DNA of 57,270 bases, filler included, from Basidioascus undulatus (Eukaryota): NCBI GenBank assembly GCA_000826855.1. It is 6 parts of 6 records of this genome, joined end to end, with 100 filler letters (N's around TTAATTAATTAA, not from the genome) between each part and the next. Parts side by side here need not be neighbours in the genome. Positions count along the whole stretch, not along the records: positions 19,175 to 28,649 come from JTLS01001253.1; positions 28,750 to 38,213 come from JTLS01001254.1; 4 more parts are not named here. The stretch is one strand, 5' to 3'. Made by a program: the position numbers and the translations under genes. Positions 22,763 through 34,989 of this stretch are shown one piece after another. The notes beneath the pieces are model-generated. The model was not told the origin of the DNA. It ran no database searches and worked only from the letters and a program-made list of their open reading frames with translations. The stretch's first letter is position 1. Every line of letters begins with the position of its first letter.

Positions 22763-23861
22763 TCAGTTTCTGACACCCGGTGAAAAGCACGAGATGCATG
22801 TTAACCGTGCCGCAGCGCAGATGAGCAACCCGACCTTGCACGAACGCGCTCCAACGACAAATTCCGAGTGGGCTCGCACGGTGCAAAGCCATTCTTGAAA
22901 CACCCTGAGGTCCGAGGCTGAGGACACCCGGTTCACTTCCATGCCCGTGGCGCAGAGCTTTTGAGCAGTCTGCAATGGACTGACTGCATGGGCGCGACGC
23001 AATCTCCAGGAACCACTCAACGTAGGAAAGTCCCCTTCCTCCTCAAACCTCAACTTCCCCAACCCTCACCCGCAACCGGGGCCACCAATCCAGAGCCACT
23101 CCGCCGGATATGCATTCATCCACTGTCTCGACTGTCCTGCCACCACTTGGTGAGTAACAGTGACGCCACACTGGAGGAGCAGCGCTGCTGCTCCTTGCCC
23201 GCCCCTCGCGACCACTGAAAGGACGGGATCAGACAGATATAAGAGTCTCTGACAACCAGAACTGCTGAATTCTACTGACCGGGTTCGAGCGGACGACGCC
23301 AAATCCTCGCCCGGGTAGTACCCAATCAACTTCTCTGCCTCCTCGAGGCTCAGCAGATCGTATTTGTCGATCTTGAGACCCATTTTCCAATCCGCCCTGC
23401 TGAATCTCGTGAGGAAGGGTGGATCGGCCGCAGCGGCGGCGGGAAGGATAGTAATTCAAAGGGCTTGCCGCGTGCAGTTGGTCGCGTCGTCGAACAGCCT
23501 CAGCGCAGAGAGCGTCGCATCCCCGCAGGAGTCGTCGTGCTTCCCATACCACGCAATGAGTGTTCCATGGAGCGAGAGGTGTGGGACGTTCAGCCGCGAG
23601 GCGCAGAGGGAGATATGGTAGATGGTAAGCTTTTGTGACGAGGACAGCCGGACCGCTGGCAGGACGCGAAGCAGTAGGAAACTGTTCACTCGAATACACT
23701 TTCAGTAGTAGAGAACAGCTTGGTTTGATGCCTACACTCTTACCAGACTTACAGCGTCCGCACACCCGGAGTTTGCGACCACCCGGTGTCGCCGCCTTGC
23801 CGCAGGTGTGGCAGAGTCCATTCGCGCGCGAGACGGTGAACGTTCTTTTGGTGGAAGACAT
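22763..23861 (-). pseudogene. MYND zinc-finger protein pseudogene (copy A)
   Basis: CHTCGK...LRVCGRCK, intron, then YCFASCQR...HK (MYND pattern); in-frame TGA at 23456-23458; frameshift near 23090 (EWL/DWWPRLRV). Confidence 0.65.
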
Positions 23862-24824
23862 GCTGTAGGCTTGAGAGAGCGAGTTGCGATTCGATGCTGT
23901 TTCAGGAATGAGGTGAACGACGCTAATGCTGGTGAGTGAACAACTAAGAGGTGGGAAGTTGGTGAGGAGTTCAGAAGCGTGGAGCAGCGGCGGGAAGACG
24001 GTCCGCGTCGACTGACCCCGTGGAAAGTCAGTTCATTCGATAGAGACACAATACTTTGGGTTCGGGAGAAATGTTACAAGCCAGATTAATATGAATGAAA
24101 ATACCTTGTTTACAGTCCTGTCCTGCTGGCAGCACTGTATATATTGCAGCCTCCATCAAGCGCTAACAGGAGCGCTGGATGGTTATTCGTCAGACTAGTC
24201 AACACTCCTATTATTTTCGCCCTGTCCATGATCTCAACTGAGGGGGTCAACGTTGACCATGAATGAGCGATGGCGCCGAGCCTCTCAACTTGTCTCGAAG
24301 GCTTTCAAGACCTTTGTCCTTCGACTGAAGCAATCAGAAATGTTGTAAGCCTCTTTGATGGCTTTACCCTTATAGAATCGGGCGCGTTGTCATTGATGGC
24401 TTTGGTTGAGCACGGAGACGACTGTCCGCCCATCGCCAGTGTCAGTCCCGTAGGTTACCCTTGTCTGCCACGGGGCCCTCAGGTCTGCAGTGAGTTGGAC
24501 AAGAAGATGTTCGAAGGGCTTTGATCCCAGTCGGAAAGGTTGGAGAAGTACAGCTTATTGAAGGGCACTGTCCAGAGACAGAAAATCTTCGGAGGTGCCC
24601 GCCCGCACACCCCTTCCTGGGAAAAGTATGGGGAGACTTTCAAACGCATGGATTCTTTCTGGTGAAAGGGAACACTCGCACTTTAGCTTGACGTCCTTAT
24701 CACTGAGCAGCACCTTTGTCTTGCTGTACCGGCTTTGAAGCTTTGAACTTTTGGAATCCAACATTCCACCCGCTCGCTCCCCAGGCCCGGTTTTCATCCA
24801 TTGGGAGCTTGATGTCCCGGTAGG

Positions 24825-25700
24825 TTAAGTTTCAGGCTGATGAAAAGCCTGGTGAGAGGCAGGCGTGCCAGGTCGAAAACGGGCGAGCGTGCAACCTGAA
24901 CTTGCACGCTTCAAGGACAAAGTTGAAGTGTGGTGCGCTTTCTGAAGATCTCTTCTTCGAATAAGTCGAGTTTTTGAGGCTGACGACGGCTGGTTGACTT
25001 CCATGTGTGCGGCAGAGATCTTTCGAGTTGTCCGCGCGGGCGCGCACGCACGCGGAGCGATCCAAGCAACAAGTCGATGTGCAGCTTTACGCAGTCCATG
25101 CACCGCAGATATAAGCGTCCCCATCTTTACGCGCAACAGGTGCCACCAGTCCTTATACCACTCCGTGGGGTACCCACTCAGCTGCTGCCTGCGCAGCACT
25201 GGCACAGTCGCGCTGATCAAAGCGTGGGCGCATGCGACGAACAGCAGCGCTGCGCCTTGTCCGCCTATTGAGAACTCTGCGATAGCGAGAAAAACAAAGG
25301 ATTATTGCATACGAAACCCTGTCAAAATTGATTATTGATTGTTCCCACCCACGGTACTGAGCAGATACCTCGAACGCCCTCACCCGGTCAGGCCCAAACC
25401 GCTTCTCCGCATCCTCAAAGCTCAACAGCTCGTAAGCATGGAGTTTTAGCCCCCCTTCCAAGTCGGTCTCGCTAAAGACGGTGAGGGCGTGTGGATCACA
25501 CAGTGGCTGTGCGCGGAAAGAGGGTAAGGAGGAGCACCCGCTTCGTGCTGTTGGCGGGGTTGTCGATGAGCCTCAGCGCGGAGACGGTCACATCATGCAG
25601 GACCCGTGGTTCTCCTTCTGCGAGGAAGTCAGGTCTGCATCTGTTTCTACATAAGACAGAGGTGTGTGGCCTTCCTTACAGACTTTGAGACGGTGGTCTG
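24825..25700 (-). pseudogene. Paralog of the MYND-family gene (copy B), MYND finger eroded
   Basis: Colinear similarity to copy A: SALRLIDNPANST/SALRLFDDATNCT, GLKLHAYELLSFEDAEK/GLKIDKYDLLSLEEAEK, GGQGAAL/GGQGAAA, YPTEWYKDWW/YPAEWLxDWW, MEVNQPSSAS/MEVNRVSSAS; frameshifts present. Confidence 0.6.
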
Positions 25701-26460
25701 AGATTGTTTGCGGTGAAGCGCGAGCAGCAGCGGGGTGAGAATCGTGAGTTGAGAGTGGTTCATTGATAGTCAGTGTCCGAATCAAGAGGGCTAGAAGAAT
25801 GATGTGATATGCAAGCGGGCGAGGAGTGAAAGAAAGCGAGCGAGCAGCGCAGGGTGAGCGGGTGCGTAGCAAAGCAAAGCAAAGCCAGCGTTTCATTACA
25901 CGCGACAGGTTCGGCTTGGATGCGGCTGGGGAAAGTGCTGGATTAATCGTCACGGAGAAGATTGAGGCACACTGGGGAGTGGAGAAGAGGGAAGGAAGGA
26001 CATGGACCATAGACCATGCATGAGCGATCTGAACGTAGGACGACCCGAACTGTCCCCGAGTTCCCCTCCCTTACACGCACCCCGCGCTCTCCCAGCCCAC
26101 AGAACATGCACGTCCCAACCCCAAGGCGGAGATGGCGCAGCGTTGCCGCCGCGCTGGGCGAATGCCGCTCGGCGGAGGGGGAGGGGGAGGGAGGGCGCCT
26201 GTAGGATAACTGTAGAGTTATGAAGTTATGCTAGCTATGCTATGCTGCTGTGAAGATTCGACAATCGGGTGGGTTGAGGAAAGGAAAGAGCACAGCAAGA
26301 GCGATCGCGATAGCCTCTTCCGAGTGCCTGTCTGACGCACACTCTCCCACGCGGACCTGAACTCCGTGCCCGGTGCCTGCTTGGCCTCCTTACCCTGTCT
26401 TCCAACCCACCGTCTTCTTCCCATCGTACATCTCCTCCCCCGCTAATCACGCCTCCCCTC

Positions 26461-28546
26461 ATGGACGACGCGCACCGCAAAAAAGTCGTCCTCCTCGGCC
26501 TGCGGCGGTGCGATTCAAACCCACGTTCTCCCATCTGTCTAGCTCGAGCAAGGCACTGATAAGTGCGGTGTGGTGGTGCCATGCAGGTCCGGCAAGACCT
26601 CCATCCAGCGCGTAGTGTTCCACGGCCTCCAGCCCAAAGAGACGCTCTACCTCGACAACAATGTTCGCACGTCCGTGGAGAATATCGAGTGCGTCCCGGT
26701 CCTTCCCCCTCCTTTCCTGGCTCCGGGTGCTGAGGGTGGGGACGCGAGCAGCGCGTTCGGTGGACTGCAGCTGTGGGACACGCCCGGGCAGGTGGATATT
26801 GAGCGGGTGGATGTGGATTTGGCGGAGGTGTCGACGATTGTGTTCGTGATCGACGCGCAGGTGCGTCTTCCTTTCCCCCTCGCCTTCTTCCTCCCCTTTC
26901 CGGCTTCTCCCTTTCCTCCGTATCCTCTTAGAGCTCGCCGGGACTGGGATGACTGAGGGATGGTGGGAACAGGACGAGTACTCCCGCGCCCTGACTCTCC
27001 TGCACCACACCGTCGTCAAGGTGTACGAGGCGAACCCGGCCGTCCACTTTGAGGTGTTTGTCCATAAGGTGGACGGGCTCAGCGACGAGTACAAGCTCGG
27101 TACGTCCTCTTCCTCTCCCCCTCCCACTCGTTTCCCCTGCCCTTCCCTTCCCCTACCTTCGACCTTCGACCTCCGATCTACCCCCCCTCAACCCACCCAC
27201 TTCCCGATCTTCCCATCTCCCCCCTCTGTCCCCCTCCCGCACCCCTTCCCCCCCCCTCTCCCTGCCGCAAACATACACCCGCATCCCACCCTTTTGTCCC
27301 AGAATCTGCCGAACGCTCGCTGACCCCCGCCCACCCCCAAGACACACTCCGCGACATCCAAACCCGCATCCTAGACGAGCTCTCCGACGCGTCGCTCGAC
27401 ACGGCGATTCACATCTCGTACCACCTCACAAGCATCTACGACCACAGCATCTTTGAGGCGCTGTCCAAGGTCACCCAGAAGCTGATTAGACAGCTGCCGA
27501 CGCTGGAGAATCTGTTGAATGTTCTTTGCGCGGTGCGTCTTCCCTCCTTCTCACCTATCCTTATCCCATCCCCTTCGATGTTCAGTGCGATCTTACTGGG
27601 AGAACCGCGCGGAGCTGATGAAGGGGCGGCGTCCAGAACTCGGGTATCTCCAAAGCCTTCCTCTTCGACGTCCGCTCGCGCCTCTACATCGCGACCGACT
27701 CGAGCCCCGTCGACACCGCCACGTACGAGGTGTGCTCTGACGCGCTCGACGTGTTTATCAGGTTCTCGCAGCTGTATCGGTGCGCTCTTCGTTTTTTCCT
27801 TCCCTTCTCACCCGACTTCCCATCCGCACCTGCCTATCCCTCCCCCCCCCACCGTCCTCTTCCTCTCTTCCACACCCCCGGAGCCCCGACCCGCCTTCTC
27901 TCTTGCCTCTTCTCCTTCCCGCTTCCCCTTCACTCCTTCCCCGCTCTTCCCTTCCTCATCCTTCCCTTCCCACCTTCCTCTGCCTCTTCCCCTGCCCCCT
28001 GCCCTCCCTCTTCCCATCCCACTCCTTCCCTTCTTCTCGTTCTTTCCGTTACCCCCTCCCTTACCCCTCCCCTCCTCCGTCCTCCTCTTCTCGATCTCCC
28101 TTTGGCCACTGACGCCCGGATGCGATTACACAGTGCCTCGCCCCTCCCCTCCTCTTCACCACCCTCCTCTTCACCACCCTCCTCCGACCACGATCCCGCC
28201 TCCGATCCCCACACCCAAAACGGCCACGCCCCACTTTCCTCTTCTTCCTTCTCTTCCGTTCCCGCCCCGCAGGCGTCCCGCTACGCCTCCGGCGCCGTGA
28301 GGCTCGCGCACGATACGACTATTGCAAGGTGGCAGATCTACGGGTGCGTCTTCCTCGGCTCTTTCACTCGGGTGCGCAGAGAGCGGGGGAAGTACGGGAG
28401 CGTAGGAGGGGGAAATGGGGAAATGTGGGAGAGAGGGAAAATGAGGGCTGATGCGGGATTGGGGATCGGGGGGGAAAAGGGATTTCATGCTCATCGCGCT
28501 TCTAAGAAGCGAGACGTGGGATAAGTACAAGGGGAGCATTGATTAT
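26461..28546 (+). CDS. GTR2: Rag GTPase RagC/D (Gtr2); 3' end lost at the gap
   Basis: [18 protein letters not shown] (G1), WDTPGQ (G3), [24 protein letters not shown] (G4), [17 protein letters not shown] (G5), roadblock domain [19 protein letters not shown]. Confidence 0.95.
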
Positions 28547-28636
28547 GTACGTCTTCTGCATGCTTCCCCTTCCCCGTCCCATCCCTTCTTCTCGCCTTCC
28601 CCGGCCTTCCCCGCTTCTCACTTCCCCCAGCCCCAT

Positions 28637-28649
28637 AGATCGGAAGAGC
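28637..28649 (+). other. Illumina adapter remnant AGATCGGAAGAGC at the contig end
   Basis: Exact 13-mer adapter stem forms the last bases before the N-run. Confidence 0.9.
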
Positions 28650-28749
28650 NNNNNNNNNNNNNNNNNNNNNNNNNNNNNNNNNNNNNNNNNNNNTTAATTA
28701 ATTAANNNNNNNNNNNNNNNNNNNNNNNNNNNNNNNNNNNNNNNNNNNN
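28650..28749. other. Artificial contig spacer
   Basis: 100-nt N/TTAATTAATTAA linker. Confidence 0.98.
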
Positions 28750-28796
28750 GTGTGAGGAACGCAGAGTGGGGGGGAGGGGCGGGGGGATAGGCTTAC

Positions 28797-28966
28797 CTGC
28801 GGAGATGCGGCACTCCAGATGTTTGAGCCGAGGAAGAGGAAGTAGGTCACGACGTTGACGATCTGCTCACCCGCCCACCTCAAAGCTCAGCATTCCATCT
28901 CACCATCCTTCTGACACACCGCAACGAAATGCGCACCTTAAGCAGCAATCCCTCCGTCCGAACCAT
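28797..28966 (-). CDS. First two exons of a conserved fungal membrane protein of unknown function; truncated by the gap
   Basis: MVRTEGLLLK, intron, IVNVVTYFLFLGSNIWSAASPQ, then a GTAAGC donor. LKIVNV..YFLFLGSNI resembles the N-terminus of a conserved basidiomycete membrane protein. Confidence 0.55.
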
Positions 28967-29951
28967 GTTGGGCAATTCGATTCAAGTGTCTTACGTCGGG
29001 GTGTCTCCGGTCGTTCAGTCGTCCGTTCGTCGATCGTCCGGTGTGAGGAGGAGGATGAGCAGAGGGAGAGAGGTGCGGAACTGGATGGCTGCGCGAATAT
29101 AAGAGCGTAAGTGCGGGGCAGCGGGGCGGGCGGAGCAAGGGACTTGGAGCGCGGCGTCGTCATCGAAAACCATGCGACCGTCTGCTGCTCCCGTCACGCG
29201 ACTCGAGACGGAGCTCGCGAATGCAGCGGATGGCGCGTTTGTCGAGGAAGGAAGTCGCTTGATGGGAGAAAGAGGTATTGGGTGAAACGGGGTTGCTGGT
29301 GTAGAGGAACGGTGGAGAAAGGCAGACGAGATGGATTGCAGCGCTGCGCGAGGAAGGAGGAGGGGAGGGCGAAAGCAAAATACGCAGCCTGAGTGCAACG
29401 ATCGCAGTGCTGTTGCGTTTGTCGTCGTCTACCTTCAACAGCCCAGGGCAGAATCACTGGAAAGCTTTACAGCCTAATCACATCAATCAAAGTACAAGCT
29501 CATATTGTTGGACGCCCGGATGAGCCAAACAGCCTCACACGACGGCAGACAGCCTGCGCTGCCCGATGCCGCCTGACTATCACTCGGAACCCACATCAAT
29601 CCAAATTGAAGTTCATACAGTCAGATACAAAATACAAGTCCAGTCATCGGGCGGAGGCGAGGCAAGAAAACAAACAATGGAAAGAGACCAAGACTTGATG
29701 CCGTCAGCGAACATCCTTAGTAGCTGTAGCGGAAATGCAGGAACTACTGCCGATCTGCCGCTGAAGATGAAACAGTTTCATCGGCACAAGTTCGAAGAAA
29801 GAGTCCCAGAAAGTTCGAAGGAAGAGGCCAGAAAGCACATTTGGAAGCCATGCGATGGGAATGTTATCCTGCTGTGTCCCTGACGGGTCCCAATCGTCCG
29901 CTGCCACCTCTCCCACGGAGCGGCGGCCCTCGCGTCCTCTAATCCAATCGC

Positions 29952-31218
29952 CTAAGCGTGCACCTCCCTCCCCCAGCTGATCCCGCCACCGCCGCTACCG
30001 CCGCCCTCCCCATCCCACGGCAGGCGTCCCGGATACCGCTCGCCATTCTCGGGGCACCATTCGAGGAGGCCCGCGAGCTCGGGCGCAGTGAGGTGGTACG
30101 AATGCGCGCGCCAGAAGGGGTTCCGGTTGAGGCGCTTGGTCGATAGAGGCGGGTGGCAGCCGTACGGGTCGCGCGTGTAGGGGACGTACCCAAACTGGCG
30201 CTGGAGGAGAAAGCAAGCATGCAAGCATGTGTCAGCTCCACGTCAGACGTGACAGCAAGCCGAGCGCACCTCGCCATCCCAGCTCTGCGTCTTGCCCGTC
30301 TCGTCATCCACACCGACGTACTCCCACTGGCCCGCCCACCCAATCGCTGTCCGGTGCAGCTCCTCGAACCGCGGCTGCTTCATCCCGTACCCCACGACGG
30401 TCACCCGGGCCGGGTAGCGCCCCGCGACCTCGCGGAAGCGCGCGAGCGAGAATAGCAGGTTCTGGAACGAGTCGAGCGCGTGATTCTCGGACGTCGCGCG
30501 CGGGAAGGGGAACGGGGAGGGAGGGAAGAGCGAGAGGGAGGAGGCGAGGAGGTGATAGGACGTTCCTTCGTTGAGGAGCGACGAGGGGCGGGTCTGGCCG
30601 CTGTGAAGGGAGGAGGGAGTTTAGAACGCGTGGGCGCTAGGAGGAGGGAGTGGTACGCACCCACTGAAAACCAACAAGCTCTTCTCATCCGCCAAGTTGA
30701 GCTCCACCCTGTCCTCGCACCGCCATCAGCACCGCTCTCCCACCGCCTAGCCACAGCAGACTCACCCCCTCCTGATATGCTGCACGAAAGTCTTCACCGC
30801 CCCGCCCCGCTGCATATCCTCCAGCACCCACTGCTCGTCGTCCTCCTCCGCCTTGGCGGCGTCCCCGCCCTTCCAGATCGCGTGCCCCGCAACGACGATG
30901 AGGTGGTCGAGCTCCGCCTGGGCCTTGGGCAGCGTGGCGACGATGGAGGGAGGGGTGGTGCGGGTATCGAAGAGGGTATTTTGGAAGGATGAGATCCAGT
31001 ACTTTAGGTTTAGAAGGAAGGAGAGCGAGAGGAGCGCGAGGAGGAGGAGGACCGCAGCGTTGGTGAGGCGAGATCGGGCTGTGGGTCCACCTCAAGTCAG
31101 CGGCCTGCTGCAAGAGGGTGAGGGGAATGGAGCGCCGCTTGCCCTGCCAGAAGTTGTGGTTGATTCTGGACTTGGATACTGATGGCCGACGCGGGCCGCC
31201 AGCGTACGTGGGCAGCAT
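29952..31218 (-). CDS. Conserved YOR238W / SPAC57A10.07-like (DUF218-related) protein with an N-terminal TM anchor
   Basis: RSRLTNAAVLLLL.., HLIVVAGHAIW, LLVFSGGQTR, ENHALDSFQNLLFSLARFRE..YPARVTVVG..KQPRFEELH, DPYGCH..L..KR..RNPF. Confidence 0.8.
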
Positions 31219-32220
31219 GAGATGCGGGGGGGTCAAGGGAGAAGGCAACCCGCCAAGAGGCTCCCTTCGGCTCATCGACGCGCCGGCAGCGCGCCGCCAA
31301 CTGAGCGCGCCTCGGACATGCGATTGAGGTATGGTTTCGAATATGGTTTCAAAAATGCGCCGCATTCTGATGAAATTTTGCCAAAATATCTTTTCTTATG
31401 TCTACTTTTTAACGAGAGAGTGGTCCCCATTCTGAACAGCCCATTGCCTGACTGCTTTGAACCACGGCAGCGCCGCACAGCGAACTTAGAACGACTGACC
31501 TGCTGATGCTGCAACCGGGAGTTAAAAGTGGCTCTTTTTAACGGTCCTTCTATGTTGGTGTTCGGACTTTGAAGCGAGCGATTGGGACTGTCAAGACTCC
31601 GGAAACACATACTCCTTGCCTGCGGTGCCATCTCCGCCTAGGACTGCGCTCCTGCAGTTGGCAGTGTGCGCGTTCGTTAATATTGTCTGATACCATGTAC
31701 GTTCCCCAGGGTCAAGCACCAGAGCCCTCCAGAATTTCAAGTGCTTGCAAGAAGGCTGGGGGCCCGCTGCATACACGCACTGGGTACATGGCACTCGGAC
31801 TGAAGAAGCGACCTGCTTCTTCACAGTACGCCCAGCAATCCTTCACGCTGCTGCACACTGGCCAGTCCGCACCCATAGACAAACGGGTGCTGCTGAACAT
31901 AAACCAAGCGGAGATCTTGAGTGTCTCATCCAGCGAGGAACAGTTTCTTTCCTGAAGTAAGGCCGCTTCAGCTTTGTTGCAATGTCAACTTTGTCAAACG
32001 GATCTGCCGCTCGCAATACCAATAGCATCATGCTTACGGGGTAGAGTAATGGGTACTGAAAAGTAAGAGTTGCTAGTAAATGAAGCTCTGCAGCCTGTGC
32101 AAGGGGATGATGTAAGCGCGAGACAAAGCCCGTGTCGATGACCTTTGTTGTTCCGTTGTTCGCAACCGCCATCTTCTCGCACCCTGCAGCCTCCCTTCGT
32201 CTAACCACCTTCGAACGGCC

Positions 32221-33450
32221 ATGTCCTTAGCATCTATCACAACTTCACCCTCAAACGAACGTCGTGTCCGTATCCTCGAGGTTCTCAGAGCCCTCCAGGC
32301 CCACCGGCCGCCGGTTATCATCCGCACGCCGCATCTCAACATCGAGAAATCGATGGAGCCCCTCAAGCTCGTTGTTGCACTGCTCGAGCGTGTTGGACCA
32401 GATTCGCCCGCCGCGGACGAGCTTTTGCAGCAGATGAAGACCCGGGTCGAGCATCATCGCGGACGCCGCGCTTTTCAGCACGCCTGTCTCCTCGATCGTC
32501 GAGATGATCGCTGCAGACGAGCGAGCTTGTGGGGCGGTTGGGGAGTGGGCGGAGCTGTGGTTGATGAATATGCTCCTTCCTGGTGAGGTACTCTGATACC
32601 TGAGTTAGGCGATGCGTGCCCAACAGTAGCTACCTTCGCGTAGTGGGGGCGGAGAAGTGCTGCCGCTCCTAGACTCCGCAACGGCAGCTTGTCCTTAGCT
32701 TCAGGGCGCTCTTCGCCGGTGCCGAAGGAAACCTTTTTCCATCGAGCTCGACCGGGATGGCCAGCGGCGTATTTTGACTGGGACCTATGACCTCAAGGCC
32801 TCATGGCCAGACTTGGACGACTCGACGGATACGAATATTGACAAGCTCGAGGTCGCTCGCATTTTGCTTTCTAGTCTTCACAATATGGCGAGTATACCCT
32901 TTGTCTCTCTGGGATTGATAATTGCTGAACCCGACCCCTTGCAGGATGGCACACTCGACTATCTCGTTCGATTCACCCGGCGATGAGAGCCTTCGCGACG
33001 TGTTTGAGGAGCCAGGCATCGACACTGTTCGCAACGCCCTCACCGTCACCATCGGCGTTTGCAGTCACTTTCGTGACTTTTCTTGGAGCATTTGTACACG
33101 CGTAGAGCCCGCTGGCCTCGGCGGCCACACTTACCACCTAGCCAAGGTCCTCCTCCCCTTCCCTCATTCGCTAGTCATGATAGAATGTTCTTCAGATTGT
33201 ACCCAGAGCTCGGTTATCTACTGAATTCAGGCGGCTAAAAGACAGACAGCCCTTCCTCTTCCCAAACCCGTCCGCCTCTCTCGCTCCGCCCGACATCCGC
33301 CTCTGCGACCTCCATTACGCTTTTGCCAAGGTCTTCTGTGAAACCGGGGCGGGGAAAGTCGCGGACGGGATGTTGGAGGACGAAGAGTACGGCGGCCTGG
33401 ACCTGCTCTCGAGCACTCGCTGCGCTGGCGGCTTCTGCAGCTGGAGGGGA
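32221..33450 (+). pseudogene. Fungal HNH_2 endonuclease-like pseudogene
   Basis: Ordered motifs LDRDGQR[C>R]ILTGTYD, LEVA[H>R]IL, GIDTVRNALTV..GV[H>C]SHF and PPDIRLCDLHYAFAKVFCETGAG fit the fungal HNH_2 architecture. Stops near 32583 and 32641; frameshift near 32977. Confidence 0.62.
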
Positions 33451-34145
33451 GGGAGGGCGACAGCCGCCCGATGTGGCGTAGCGCGACGCGGACGCTTTTC
33501 CTTGACTCCTCGCCATTGTTTACTCCCTCTCGAATGCATTCTTTCTGATCGGTTCACAGACCGACCGCCCCCTTCTCTCGACCTTCCCCGCATGGAACCT
33601 CCCAGATCCTCGAGTTGCCGTACGAGCGGACCTCGTTCAGCGCGGTACAAGCCCCCATGGCCTGCTCGAACGCGGACACTGCCCCCCCTGCAGCCCGAGC
33701 CATTTGAAATACTTGCTTGTGCCTGCTCCCCTCACCCGTTTTCATCCTCCTCATTACCGTTCCTCTTCAATTCGATAAAACCTGTTTTCACTATGTATCC
33801 GATCTGCTAGCGATATGGCGATTCGACGGTGCTTAAATCACGCGCTCAGCGAACTTTTGGCTTGACCATCGTGAACGCCGAACGCTGCCTTCTTCTGCGC
33901 ATTAAAGACCTTTCTTTAGAAGTTCTTTCCAAAGGTTCCAAGGTTGAAGTATCCACAACTATTTTTGGGGCGAGTGCGGACAATACTGCCTCTGGAATGC
34001 TATGCTGGCACCGCCTCAAGCAGCGCTGCCGTTTGGTCCCCGTTCGTGATGTATTTTCATACGTTTGAGTTGGACTCATCTCTCCCTTTAATCAATATTC
34101 TCCAAGCACAAACCCAGGAGCATCTTTACTTCCTACGCTCCCATC

Positions 34146-34817
34146 ATGGCGAAATTTTACGACCTACCCGACGAAACGGGTCGAGCACATTGCAGCTCTT
34201 TCAGTCTCTGATGCCAATGTTGCGCTGTCTTCTCGGAGGCTTCACCGCCTGGTCAAACCCTTTCTTACGAATATGTCTCAACCGACGGCAAAGGTATAAC
34301 CTTGCTCGCTCGTACTTTCAAGGCGCGCCCAGAACTCGGGGCGGACATCCGCTCGCTCGACGTCGACACGTCGCCAGACTTTGAGGCCCTCGACTTCGGT
34401 TCGGAGGACTCTGATGGTTCAGATGACGAGGACCTCACTGAACACCTTGTGGAAATACTTCAGCACACTTCAAATCTTCGAGCATTCATCGCGGCACCGC
34501 TGCACGGGACGGACGTCTTGGACTCCTTTGCGGTCCCGCCGGCCAAGCTCCTGCCGGGCCTTCGATCGCTGCGGGAGATGACGCTTTCTCACCAGGACAC
34601 CGAGGGAGGATATTGGACCGGGGTGGTGTTCGCTTTTCTGGCGCTCCCGAACCTTCGCAAGCTCTCTTCCGCCGTGGTTGACGAAGTAGAGGGCCTGCTC
34701 GGCACCAGAGCTGTCCTTCCGGTTGCTACAATGACGGGCAAAGTCAAGTGTGTCAGTTCCATAAAATCTGGATTGCATAAGCCGAAGCTCACGCAAAGTG
34801 GTATGAGCCGCGGATGA
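34146..34817 (+). pseudogene. F-box (LRR-like) protein pseudogene
   Basis: MAKFYDLPDE/VEHIA...VALSSRRLHRLVKPFL/YEYV...LLARTFKARPELGADIRSL, then LRR-like LPGLRSLREMTL and LPNLRKL; two frameshifts inside the F-box. Confidence 0.6.
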
Positions 34818-34989
34818 GGCCAGTATTGTCTATGTCGTATGAGAACCAAAGTCAGCGAACCGCTGCGTGCGCTGGCCAACTGTTCGGTATCCGACTTACA
34901 CCCCACTGGTGTACCCAAAATGTATTATTGTCAGTCTCGTTTTCAGATAGGTTAATCGGATCCCGTTGCAGGCCTTCAGAAAACAGAAG

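Noticed and set aside
24270..24797. Peptide-like fragments between the two MYND paralogs
   Set aside because: Multiple stops and no recognisable family; cannot be called.
31843..32208. Possible protein kinase remnant (NNGTTKVIDTGF resembling the DFG region)
   Set aside because: No HRD or APE motif is recognisable; one weak motif is insufficient.
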